64,000 nucleotides of DNA from an uncultured Gemmatimonadales bacterium (GTDB taxonomy: Bacteria > Gemmatimonadota > Gemmatimonadetes > Gemmatimonadales > GWC2-71-9). Of this stretch, positions 31,070 to 40,095 are shown piece after piece. The notes beneath the pieces were generated by a model. That model was not told where the DNA came from and made no database searches. It saw only the letters and a program-made list of their open reading frames with translations. Each line of letters begins with the position of its first letter. Position 1 is the stretch's first letter. The translations under genes were made by a program, and so were the position numbers. The stretch lies in contig CAVZZO010000003.1 in the NCBI GenBank assembly GCA_963779755.1, positions 736,001 to 800,000 of the forward strand. The letters run 5' to 3'.

Positions 31070-32454
31070 GCCCCGTTGCCGGGGTCGCCCGGGTGTATCA
31101 CGGCGCCGATCGCGCCGCGGGGCCGCTGCTGTACGTCCCGCGGACCGGCCATGTGGCCATGGGCGAGTGGGTGACGCTCCGGATGCCGGGGCAACCCTCC
31201 CGCCGGGGCCAGGTGATCGACGCGGGAGAGACCGTCACCGTCATTCAGGTGCTGGAGGAAACGATGGGGCTGGCACCGGCCAGCGCCGAGATCACCCTGA
31301 CCGGGGACGTCGCCCGCGTGGTCGTGGGCCGCGAGCTGCTGGGCCGGGCCTTCAACGGCGTGGGGGAACCCCTCGATGGCCTGCCCCCGCCCCTGGGGGA
31401 GGACCAGCGCCCCGCCTGGGGCGCCCCGATGAATCCCTCCGAGCGGGTGCCACCCGCCGAGTTCATCGAAACCGGCGTCTCGGCCATCGACGGGATGAAC
31501 ACCCTGGTGCGGGGACAGAAGCTCCCGATGTTCTCCGGGCCGGGGCTGCCCGCGCTGGAACTGGCGGCGCAGATCGTGGAAGGCGCGCGGGCTCCCCGGG
31601 GAGAACCATTCGCGGTGGTGTTCGTCGGGGTGGGCATTACCGCCCGGGAGTCGCGCACCTTCCTCGACCGATTCGAGCGCAGCGGTGCCCTGGAGCGAAG
31701 CGTGCTCTATATCAATGAAGCGCGCGACCCGACCATCGAGCGGCTGCTGGCGCCACGCGTGGCGCTGGCCCAGGCGGAGTACCTGGCGTTCGAGGCCGGG
31801 ATGCACGTCCTGGTGGTGATGGCCGACATGACCCCCTACTGCGAGGCGCTGCGCGAGATCGCCACCGCCCGCGAGGAAATCCCCGGCCGGCGGGGTTTCC
31901 CCGGCTACATGTACACCGACCTGGCCACCATCTACGAGCGGGCCGGCATCCTCCGCGACCGCCCCGGCTCGCTCACGCAGTTGCCGATCGTGACCATGCC
32001 GGACGATGACATCACCCACCCCATCCCCGATCTGACCGGCTACATCACCGAAGGGCAGATCGTGCTGAGCCGGGACCTGCACCGGCGCGGGATCTACCCG
32101 CCTATCGATGTCATGCCCTCACTCTCCCGCCTGATGAACGCCGGGACCGGCGCGGGGCGCACGGTGGCGGAGCACCGGAAATGGGCCGACCAGCTCTATG
32201 CCAGCTACGCCCAGGGGCGCGAAGCGCGCCTCATGTCGGCCATCGTGGGCGAGGCGGGGCTGGGGCCGGCCGACCGGCGCGCCCTGGCCTTCGCCGATCG
32301 ATTCGAAGCCGAATTCGTGGGCCAGGGACCGAAGCGGCGCACCCTGGAGGAAACGCTGGCCATGGGATGGGCGCTGCTGGAAACCCTGCCCCGGGAGGAT
32401 CTCAGCCGGATTCCGGACGACGTCTGGGCAGCCCGGCAGGCAGGGGCGCCATGA
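31066..32454 (+). CDS. A/V-type ATPase subunit B
   Basis: RGQKLPMFSG, PGRRGFPGYMYTD, THPIPDLTGYITEGQ. Confidence 0.97.
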   Translation: MSPVAGVARVYHGADRAAGPLLYVPRTGHVAMGEWVTLRMPGQPSRRGQVIDAGETVTVIQVLEETMGLAPASAEITLTGDVARVVVGRELLGRAFNGVGEPLDGLPPPLGEDQRPAWGAPMNPSERVPPAEFIETGVSAIDGMNTLVRGQKLPMFSGPGLPALELAAQIVEGARAPRGEPFAVVFVGVGITARESRTFLDRFERSGALERSVLYINEARDPTIERLLAPRVALAQAEYLAFEAGMHVLVVMADMTPYCEALREIATAREEIPGRRGFPGYMYTDLATIYERAGILRDRPGSLTQLPIVTMPDDDITHPIPDLTGYITEGQIVLSRDLHRRGIYPPIDVMPSLSRLMNAGTGAGRTVAEHRKWADQLYASYAQGREARLMSAIVGEAGLGPADRRALAFADRFEAEFVGQGPKRRTLEETLAMGWALLETLPREDLSRIPDDVWAARQAGAP

Positions 32455-33215
32455 GCAGCGCCCTGGGACCCTTGGCGCCTACCCGGCAGAACCTGCTGCG
32501 GGGCGAACGGTGGCGCGCCCGCCTGTCCAAAGGGACGGACCTGCTGCGGCACAAGCGGGAGACCCTGGTAACGGAGCTGTTCCAGCTGGCCCGGCCGGCC
32601 ACCGATGCGCGAGCCGGCATCGCCACTGTCGCGGCGGAGGCCTATCCGGCGCTGCTGGGCGCCATGAGCGCCGGGAGCCGCGCCGGACTTCGTGGCGTGA
32701 GCTGGCCATTTCGAGACATCGAGGTGGACCTGCGGGTGGGACAGGTCTGGGGGGTGCCGGTGACGGACATCGTCCAACGCCCCCGCATGCGGCGTACGCC
32801 GGCCGCCCGGGATGCGGCGCCCGGCCTGGTCGGCCCCGCTGCAGCGGTGGCGGCGAGCGCCTTCGAGAGGCTGGCTGACCTGCTGCTGGAGGCAGCCCCG
32901 CGGGAGATGCTGCTCCAGCGGCTGGGGCAGGCGCTGGCAGCCACGTCCCGCCAGGTGAACTCGCTGGAGTATCGCATTACGCCTGCGCTGGTGGCCCGTC
33001 TCGGCAAGATGCGGCGGATGCTGGATGAGCGGGAACGGGAGGAGAAGGTGCGGCTGGCGCGGCTGCTCCATCAGCGTGCTCGGCGGGCGAAAGCATGTGA
33101 CGAATCTCACAAGCAATCGGCTGGGGCCTCCCAAGGGACTGTCGGCAAAGCCGTTACCGGGCAGCAAGTTATAAAATCACCGCAAGAAAAGATGAAGAAA
33201 AAGCAAAGAACGTAA
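32451..33215 (+). CDS. A/V-type ATPase subunit D (with C-terminal extension)
   Basis: PTRQNL...LLRHKRETL, RQVNSLEY, LDEREREE. Confidence 0.9.
   Translation: MSSALGPLAPTRQNLLRGERWRARLSKGTDLLRHKRETLVTELFQLARPATDARAGIATVAAEAYPALLGAMSAGSRAGLRGVSWPFRDIEVDLRVGQVWGVPVTDIVQRPRMRRTPAARDAAPGLVGPAAAVAASAFERLADLLLEAAPREMLLQRLGQALAATSRQVNSLEYRITPALVARLGKMRRMLDEREREEKVRLARLLHQRARRAKACDESHKQSAGASQGTVGKAVTGQQVIKSPQEKMKKKQRT
33096..33111. promoter_or_regulatory. CRP/FNR-family (or Rex-like) palindromic operator
   Basis: Exact TGTGA-CGAATC-TCACA about 235 bp upstream of the multiheme cluster, at the start of an AT-rich tract. Confidence 0.6.
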
Positions 33216-33345
33216 CAATCGCTGCGTATAAACCCGGATGGACATTGCGCAGATGTGCGGATGGGCTAGAATAGTCCTCGTATCTGAAGGCGTGGGTTGT
33301 TTGAACTCCAGACCAGGTAAAACCTCTATGCTGCCTCGAGCCACC

Positions 33346-34932
33346 ATGAATCGACTCCTCCTGGGTCTTGCCATAGTGGGGCTCTTCGTGCTCGCCGGCT
33401 GTACCAACGACAAGATCGTCTATCGTGACCGGCCGCCGTTCAATCCGCCGCCCGATGCGTCCAGCGGGTTCCTCGGCTACTTCACCGTGAGCTCCAAGCA
33501 GACCACCTGCGGCAACTGCCACGTGGGCGTCCAGGCCTCCTGGGAGAACACCAAGCACGCGGAAGCGTGGGCGGATCTCCAAGCCTCCGGCCATGCCCAG
33601 AGCTACTGCGAACCCTGCCATACTGTCAGCAGCTACGGCAATCTCGCCACGGGTCCCGCCGGCTATGAGCAGGTCGCCGACAGTGCCTATCACGATGTAC
33701 AGTGCGAGAGCTGCCACGGTCCCGGCTTCACCCACGTGCAGGCTCCCACGGCGGCCAACGAACCGCTGGCCTCCATCCAGGCCGATACCGGCCTGCTGGT
33801 CGGCTGTGGTGCCTGCCACACCGGCGTGCATGAGCCGTTCGTGGATCAGTGGGTGCAGTCGGCTCACGGCTCCGGCTCGGCGCTGAGCCATGCCGGCGGC
33901 AACGCCTCCTGCGCCCCCTGCCACGAAGGCAAGGCGGCCATGGAAGTGAAGTTTGGCGTGACCGGCAACTTCCTGGAGAAGGACAGCACGACGCTCTATC
34001 ACATCGTCTGCGTCGTCTGCCACGATCCGCACGGCAGCCCCAACACCGGGCAGCTGCGCGCTTCCATCTCGGAGCCGACCACCGACAATCTCTGCATTAC
34101 CTGCCACAGCCGCTCAGGCGTTCCGCCCTGGGGCACCGCGGCGGCGGGCGGGACCGCGCGAGGCGCGCACGGCGCCCAGGGACTCCTGGTGCTGGGCCAG
34201 AACGTGGGCTGGATTCCGCCCGGGTTCACCTACGATACCAACAGCATCGTGAGCAGCCACGGCACGGCGGCCAATCCGAAGCTCTGCGCGACCTGCCACG
34301 TCGCCCAGACGACGATTACCGACCCGGCGACCGGCGCCTTCGTTCTGCAGAGCGTCGGCCACCTGTTCGACGCGATTCCCTGCACCGATTCGACGGGCGT
34401 GCCGAACGCCGACCAGAGCTGCCTGCTGGCGGAGCGCGATTTCAGCGCCTGCGCCACCTCGGGCTGCCACCTGAACCAGCAGGCCGCCCGGTCCGCCTAC
34501 ATCGCGGTCGAGGGCCGGATGGACAACCTGCTCGACCAGATCTGGCTGGATAGCGACAGCAACGGCGTCATCGACGCGACCGACGGCGGCCTCATCCCGC
34601 AACTGCTGGCGCGGGGCACCGCGGCCGATTCGGCCGAGCTGGACTTCAGCAGCAACGTAACCACCGTGGCCAAGGGCACCCTGTTCAATGCCGCCCTGGC
34701 CGCCACCAACAGCCGCCCGCAGTTCCTGAGCGGCCAGGTGCTGGGCGTCACCTTCGCGACGCACATGGCCAGCGGCAACGGTGTGCACAATCCCTTCCTG
34801 CTGGAGGCGTTGCTGACGTCCTCCATCAGCGCGCTGCACTCGACCTACGGGTTGACGCCGCCCGCACCGCTGGACCTGCAGGTGAAGGCGATCCGGCCTC
34901 CCGGTGTCCGGGTCCGGGTTAGCGCGAGATAG
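33346..34932 (+). CDS. Multiheme c-type cytochrome lipoprotein (8 CxxCH + 1 CX4CH)
   Basis: Lipobox LAGC; CGNCH, CEPCH, CESCH, CGACH, CAPCH, CVVCH, CITCH, CATCH, CATSGCH; C-terminal GVHN. Confidence 0.93.
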   Translation: MNRLLLGLAIVGLFVLAGCTNDKIVYRDRPPFNPPPDASSGFLGYFTVSSKQTTCGNCHVGVQASWENTKHAEAWADLQASGHAQSYCEPCHTVSSYGNLATGPAGYEQVADSAYHDVQCESCHGPGFTHVQAPTAANEPLASIQADTGLLVGCGACHTGVHEPFVDQWVQSAHGSGSALSHAGGNASCAPCHEGKAAMEVKFGVTGNFLEKDSTTLYHIVCVVCHDPHGSPNTGQLRASISEPTTDNLCITCHSRSGVPPWGTAAAGGTARGAHGAQGLLVLGQNVGWIPPGFTYDTNSIVSSHGTAANPKLCATCHVAQTTITDPATGAFVLQSVGHLFDAIPCTDSTGVPNADQSCLLAERDFSACATSGCHLNQQAARSAYIAVEGRMDNLLDQIWLDSDSNGVIDATDGGLIPQLLARGTAADSAELDFSSNVTTVAKGTLFNAALAATNSRPQFLSGQVLGVTFATHMASGNGVHNPFLLEALLTSSISALHSTYGLTPPAPLDLQVKAIRPPGVRVRVSAR

Positions 34933-35064
34933 TCCGGTAGTACCCTCGGTCTGGGCGGGGCCGGTCCCGGTAGCTCGGGGCCGGTCCCGCAGGCCGAAAC
35001 ACCCCCAGTGACCCCGGCGCGGCTGCCGGCACCCACTCGCAACCCGCGGTCCCGGAGTGTGCGC

Positions 35065-35526
35065 ATGAACCCCTCGATGCCGGGTGCTGAGACTACCCGC
35101 TGGCAGCCCGGCTTCAACGAGTACATCATGGGCGGCATCGGGCTGCTCTTCTTTCTCGGCATCGTCATCGTCGGCATCGTCTATCTCTTTCCCCCGGCGC
35201 ACCTGCAGCTTTCGGAGCTGCAGCCCGCCTATCGGGTCACGGCCGAAAGCAACTTCCCCGTCAAGGCCAGCCGGGTGGTGAACTGGGGCGACGAGATCAT
35301 CCTGGTGGTGCGGACCGACGAGCAGGCCTTCGTCGCGCTGCAGGGGGTGGCCCCCAGCGACGGCTGTATCCTCCGCTGGGACCCGACCTCTCTGCGGGTG
35401 CTCTCCCCCTGCAGTTACCTGGTGTACGATCTGCACGGCAACGTGGTGCGGGGCCTGACGACCGTGCCCCTCCGGCGGTACGCCGTCTTCGTACGCGACG
35501 GCGTCGTCTACGTAGCGAGGTCCTAG
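35065..35526 (+). CDS. Rieske-fold protein lacking [2Fe-2S] ligands
   Basis: TM anchor, then ALQGVAPSDGC...LSPCSYLVYDLHGNVVRG...PL aligning to Rieske boxes CxHxGC/CPCHGSxYDxxG; directly upstream of cytochrome b. Confidence 0.75.
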   Translation: MNPSMPGAETTRWQPGFNEYIMGGIGLLFFLGIVIVGIVYLFPPAHLQLSELQPAYRVTAESNFPVKASRVVNWGDEIILVVRTDEQAFVALQGVAPSDGCILRWDPTSLRVLSPCSYLVYDLHGNVVRGLTTVPLRRYAVFVRDGVVYVARS

Positions 35527-36816
35527 ATGACGGCAGAGGACAAGGGCGGATTCCGCGGCTGGTGGGCCCGGTTCCGGGACGACCTCAAGGCCAGCACCGA
35601 CGCCAGCCTGCTGGGACTGCTGCGGTTCCTGGGCATCCTCTACGGGCCCATCGACACCCGGCTCCCCATCGACCAGGCCTTCAGGAAGGCGCTGCGCAAC
35701 CGCATATCCCGCTATGCCGGCTGGCGCCAGGCCTTCGGCGGGATCACCTATCTGCTGTTCATCATTCTGGTGGTCACGGGCGTCCTGCTGTCCTTCTACT
35801 ACCGGCCCTCGGCCGAAGAAGCCTATCCCAGCATGCAGCACATCGTCTCCGGTGTGCACTTCGGCTGGCTCATGCGGGACCTGCACGTCTGGGGCGCCAA
35901 CCTGGTGGTCCTCGGGGCCCTGGTTCACATGGGCCGGGTCTTCTTCAGCGCGGCCTACAAGCCGCCGCGGGAAACCAACTGGCTGATCGGCGTCCTGCTG
36001 CTCTTCCTCATCTTCGCCTTCGGCGCGACCGGTTACCTGCTGCCCTGGGACCAGGGCGCATACTGGACGGTGACCGAAGGCCTCGGCGTGGTGAGCCGGA
36101 TTCCGCTGCTGGGCGGCAGCGTGACGGAAATCCTGCGGGGTGATCCCATCGTCTCGGGCGCCACCCTGAGCCGGTTCTTCGCGCTGCATGTCATTGTGCT
36201 GCCCTGGATCGCTCTGGCCCTCCTGGTGCTGCATTTCACGCTGGCCCGCAAGCACGGTGTCGCCCCGCCACCCGATGTCGTCGGCGAGTCGACCCCCGTG
36301 CGCGACGGCCCGCCCTTCTGGCCGCACTACGCCATCCGCTCGCTCATTGTCGCCGTGCTGGTGGTGGCTCTGGTCACCACGGTGGCGATCCTGCTGCCGC
36401 GGCCTACCGGCGCGGCCGCTGATCCGGGACAGCCGCCCAATTACCTCCTGTCGACCTGGATCGTGGCCGACGTCTCCCGGGCGCTGATCTACTATCTCGG
36501 TTCCTGGGGCATGGGCCTGTTCGTCCTGCTCGGGCTGGCGCTGGTCCTGCTGCCGCTGTTCGACCGGACGCCGGAGCGTCGCCTGCGCCGCCGCCCCGCC
36601 GTCGCGGCGCTGGGGATCGTGTTCTTCCTGTCCTTCGCCCTGGCCTGGGCCGCCGGGTGGCGGCTGCGCACCGTCCCGGTGGCCACGTCGGGTGAGCTGA
36701 CGCCCTTCACCACTCCGGTGGATACCGTGCCCGGCAAGCCGCTGCCCACCTTGAACCCCGAAGCCCCGCCCATGCCCGCCACCGATTCGCTGAACCGGGG
36801 AGGGCAGCAGCCATGA
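35527..36816 (+). CDS. Cytochrome b (b6 + subunit IV-like fusion) with degenerate Qo motif
   Basis: TGVLLSFYYRP, RDLH...VH, PPRETNW, TGYLLPWDQGAYW, TLSRFFALH...H; PEWY position reads STWI. Confidence 0.93.
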   Translation: MTAEDKGGFRGWWARFRDDLKASTDASLLGLLRFLGILYGPIDTRLPIDQAFRKALRNRISRYAGWRQAFGGITYLLFIILVVTGVLLSFYYRPSAEEAYPSMQHIVSGVHFGWLMRDLHVWGANLVVLGALVHMGRVFFSAAYKPPRETNWLIGVLLLFLIFAFGATGYLLPWDQGAYWTVTEGLGVVSRIPLLGGSVTEILRGDPIVSGATLSRFFALHVIVLPWIALALLVLHFTLARKHGVAPPPDVVGESTPVRDGPPFWPHYAIRSLIVAVLVVALVTTVAILLPRPTGAAADPGQPPNYLLSTWIVADVSRALIYYLGSWGMGLFVLLGLALVLLPLFDRTPERRLRRRPAVAALGIVFFLSFALAWAAGWRLRTVPVATSGELTPFTTPVDTVPGKPLPTLNPEAPPMPATDSLNRGGQQP

Positions 36817-38066
36817 CCGGCATGACACGACTCGCCCTGGTTTTCGGCGTCCTCCTGGCCCTCGCGCCGGCCGCGGCCGCGCAGTCGCCGCTGCGCGGCG
36901 GGATGCCGCCGGCCGACACGGTGAATAACTGCCTGCTCTGCCACGCGGAGCAGCGGCAGGCGGCCGAGGAAGGGGTCCATTCGGAGCACGGCATCCGGTG
37001 CATCACCTGTCATGGGGGCGACGCCACGGCCCGGGTGCTGCCCGCCGCCCACCAGGGTCGCTTCCGGGGCAAACTGGACAAGGTCCAGACCGCGCAGTTG
37101 TGCGGCTCCTGCCATTCGGATCCGGACAAGATGCGGGAATTCGCGCTGCCCACCGGGCAGCTGGCGGAGTTCCGGACCAGCAAACACGGGCAGCTGCTCT
37201 TCGGCGCCCATGACGGCAACGCCCCGACCTGCACCGATTGCCACGGCACCCACATCATCTACCCGCCGGATGATGCCCGGAGCCACGTCTACCCGACCAA
37301 CATCCCCGGCACCTGCGCGCACTGCCATTCGGACGACAAGCTGATGGCGAAGTACAAGCTGAAGACGGGGCAGTTCGAAGCGTTCCGGAGCAGCGCGCAC
37401 GGCAAGGCCCTCTACCAGCAGCAGAACTTCGCCTCGCCGACCTGCGTCGGTTGCCACGGGGCGCACTCGGCTCTGCCGCCGACGGTGACCGAGATCGCCA
37501 ACGTCTGCGCCCGCTGCCACGCCCTGGTGGGGCAGGCCTTTGCCTCGGGTCCGCACGGCGCCGCGGCGCGGGCCGGCCGGATCGACGGATGTCTGGCCTG
37601 CCACAGCAATCACGGTACCGAGGGCGTGCCGGTGGATTCGATCAGCGCCACCTGCGACAAGTGCCATGCGTCCGACACTCGCCTGCACCAGATGGGGGTG
37701 GACCTGCAGCGACGGCTGACCCAGGTCTCGGCGGACATGGAGTCCGCCAGGCGGGCCATCGCCGAGCTGCAGGTGGCGGGGGAGCGGGTGGGTGACTACC
37801 GCTTCCGCTACCAGAGCGCGCTCACCTCCTACCTGGAAGTGGGCCAGGTCCAGCACAGCCTGGACTTCACCCGGCTGGACGATCTGGAACGGAAGGTCCG
37901 GTCCATCTCGGTGGATCTCGGAGCCGCCGCGGAGGTCAACAGCGAGCAGCACTGGGAGCGGAAGCTGCTGCTGCTGCCGGTCTGGTTCCTGGCGCTGTCG
38001 GCCGCGCTGCTCGGCTGGCTGGCGTTGCGGGCGCTCAAACGGGCGGGCGGGGATCGGGAGGTCTGA
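36813..38066 (+). CDS. Nonaheme cytochrome c with C-terminal coiled coil and TM anchor
   Basis: Signal peptide, 9 CxxCH, hydrophobic C-terminus. Confidence 0.92.
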   Translation: MTGMTRLALVFGVLLALAPAAAAQSPLRGGMPPADTVNNCLLCHAEQRQAAEEGVHSEHGIRCITCHGGDATARVLPAAHQGRFRGKLDKVQTAQLCGSCHSDPDKMREFALPTGQLAEFRTSKHGQLLFGAHDGNAPTCTDCHGTHIIYPPDDARSHVYPTNIPGTCAHCHSDDKLMAKYKLKTGQFEAFRSSAHGKALYQQQNFASPTCVGCHGAHSALPPTVTEIANVCARCHALVGQAFASGPHGAAARAGRIDGCLACHSNHGTEGVPVDSISATCDKCHASDTRLHQMGVDLQRRLTQVSADMESARRAIAELQVAGERVGDYRFRYQSALTSYLEVGQVQHSLDFTRLDDLERKVRSISVDLGAAAEVNSEQHWERKLLLLPVWFLALSAALLGWLALRALKRAGGDREV

Positions 38067-38069
38067 CCC

Positions 38070-40082
38070 ATGGCATCCCGGCCCGACCGGCGCTGGTCGC
38101 GGTTTCTCCGCATCCTGATCCCCGTCGTGATTCTCGCGATCACGCTCGGGGCCGTCGGCACTGTCGGCTTTGTGCAGCTCTCAAGCCAGCCCGGCTTCTG
38201 CAAGAGTTGCCACATCATGAAGCCGTACTACCAGTCCTGGACCACCTCCACCCACCGCGACGTGCCCTGCATCGAGTGCCATATCGCGCCGGGCATCAAG
38301 GCCGAGGCGATGACCAAGGTCCAAGCGGCGAACATGGTGGTGAAATACTTCACCGGCGCGTACGGCACCCGCCCCTGGGCGGAGATCGACGATGCGGCCT
38401 GCCTGCGCTCCGGCTGCCATTCGGAGCGGCTGATCGAGGGCGAGGTGGACTTCAAGGGCGTCCGCTTCGACCACACCAAGCATCTGGGCGAGCTGCGGCG
38501 CGGCATCCAGCTGCGCTGCACCAGCTGCCACTCGCAGATCGTCCAGGGGACCCACATCGCGGTTACCGAGGGCACCTGCTTCCTCTGCCACTTCAAGGAC
38601 CGGCCCCAGGGCAGCCCGGTGGCCGGCTGTCTCGGCTGCCATCCGTCGCCGCCCCGGGTCACCTCGAAGGAAGGCTACGTCATCGACCACTCCCAGTACG
38701 TCAAGGACCGGGTCGACTGCCTCTCCTGCCACAACCAGGTCACGCACGGCACCGGGGACGCCGACCAGGCGCGCTGCGTCAGCTGCCACAACGAGCCCGC
38801 GCGTCTGGCCGAATTCAAGAACCCGACCCTGCTGCACCAGGTGCACGTCGCCGACCACCACGTGGCCTGCATCCAGTGCCACACCCCGGTGGAGCACCGG
38901 GTCGTCTCGCTGACCACCGACATTCAGCTGGACTGCGCCAGTTGCCACAAGGAAGTCCACCGCGACCAGCAGCGCCTGCTGGCGGGGGTGGGCGGCCACG
39001 GCACGCCGGTTACTCCCAGCTCGATGTACCTGGCCCGGGTTTCCTGCGTGGCCTGCCACGACGAAGCGAAGAAGCTCCCGGCACACGACACGGTCAAGGT
39101 GGCCGGCGAGGCCTCCTGCCTCTCCTGCCACGGCATCCGCTTCGCCAACGTGCTGCCCCGCTGGGAGCAGGAGATGCAGCGCAAGGTCCGGCTGGTGGAG
39201 CCGGTGGTGAACGCCGCGCGGCAGGCGGCCACCGCCATGCCCATGCGGCGGCGCGCCGAGGCCGACAGCCTGGTGGGCCTGGCGCAGGAGAACCTGGAAT
39301 TCGTGCGGGAGGGCAAGGGTGCCCACAATATCGTCTACGCCGACCGGCTGCTGCGGGCCGCGCTCGATCTCATCCGGCAGGCCTCCCGAGCCGGGCTGCC
39401 CTACCGCGCGCCCGCGGTCAACCTGGGGCCGCCGGTGAGCGAGAACCAGTGCCTCCAGTGCCATCTCGGCATCGAGCAGCAGGCGGGGACCTTCCAGGGC
39501 GTGGCTTTCAATCATACGGCGCACGTGCTGGGCGGCGGGCTGGAATGCACCACCTGCCACACCTCGTTCGCCAACCACGGCGGGACGACCCTCCAGTCGC
39601 CGACCGCGTGCAACAGCTGCCATCACCCGCTGATCGCACAGCGCAACTGCGCCACGTGTCACGCCGGGCAAGGCGGCGCCCCGGCGCGCACCTTTGCGCT
39701 GCCGGCGGGCAACTTCTCGCACCCCGAGCATGTGGCGGCCAACCTGGCGTGCTCCGCCTGCCACACCGCGCCGGTCATGAATGCGCGGGACCTGCAGTGC
39801 GACAACTGCCACGAGAACCACCACCAGCCCACGATGGACTGCCTCAGCTGCCACCGGGGCGGAGCGCTGGCCAAGCACAAACGGGACAACCACGTCGCCT
39901 GCGTGCAGTGCCACACGAGCGTACCCGATATCGACCGCTGGACGCGGCCGGTGTGCACCTCGTGTCACGCGGAGCAGGTGAATCACTACCCCGGGCGGGC
40001 CTGCGAGGTCTGTCACAAGGTCCCGCCCATGGGTCACGCGCGCCAGGCGGCACCTCCGAAGCCGCCGGCGGCCGGTTCCTAG
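38070..40082 (+). CDS. NapC/NirT-like N-terminus multiheme cytochrome (21 CxxCH + 1 CX4CH)
   Basis: N-terminal TM, PGFCKSCHIM...S-T-H...CIECH, internal GAHN helical segment. Confidence 0.92.
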   Translation: MASRPDRRWSRFLRILIPVVILAITLGAVGTVGFVQLSSQPGFCKSCHIMKPYYQSWTTSTHRDVPCIECHIAPGIKAEAMTKVQAANMVVKYFTGAYGTRPWAEIDDAACLRSGCHSERLIEGEVDFKGVRFDHTKHLGELRRGIQLRCTSCHSQIVQGTHIAVTEGTCFLCHFKDRPQGSPVAGCLGCHPSPPRVTSKEGYVIDHSQYVKDRVDCLSCHNQVTHGTGDADQARCVSCHNEPARLAEFKNPTLLHQVHVADHHVACIQCHTPVEHRVVSLTTDIQLDCASCHKEVHRDQQRLLAGVGGHGTPVTPSSMYLARVSCVACHDEAKKLPAHDTVKVAGEASCLSCHGIRFANVLPRWEQEMQRKVRLVEPVVNAARQAATAMPMRRRAEADSLVGLAQENLEFVREGKGAHNIVYADRLLRAALDLIRQASRAGLPYRAPAVNLGPPVSENQCLQCHLGIEQQAGTFQGVAFNHTAHVLGGGLECTTCHTSFANHGGTTLQSPTACNSCHHPLIAQRNCATCHAGQGGAPARTFALPAGNFSHPEHVAANLACSACHTAPVMNARDLQCDNCHENHHQPTMDCLSCHRGGALAKHKRDNHVACVQCHTSVPDIDRWTRPVCTSCHAEQVNHYPGRACEVCHKVPPMGHARQAAPPKPPAAGS

Positions 40083-40095
40083 CAGGAGGAGCGTC

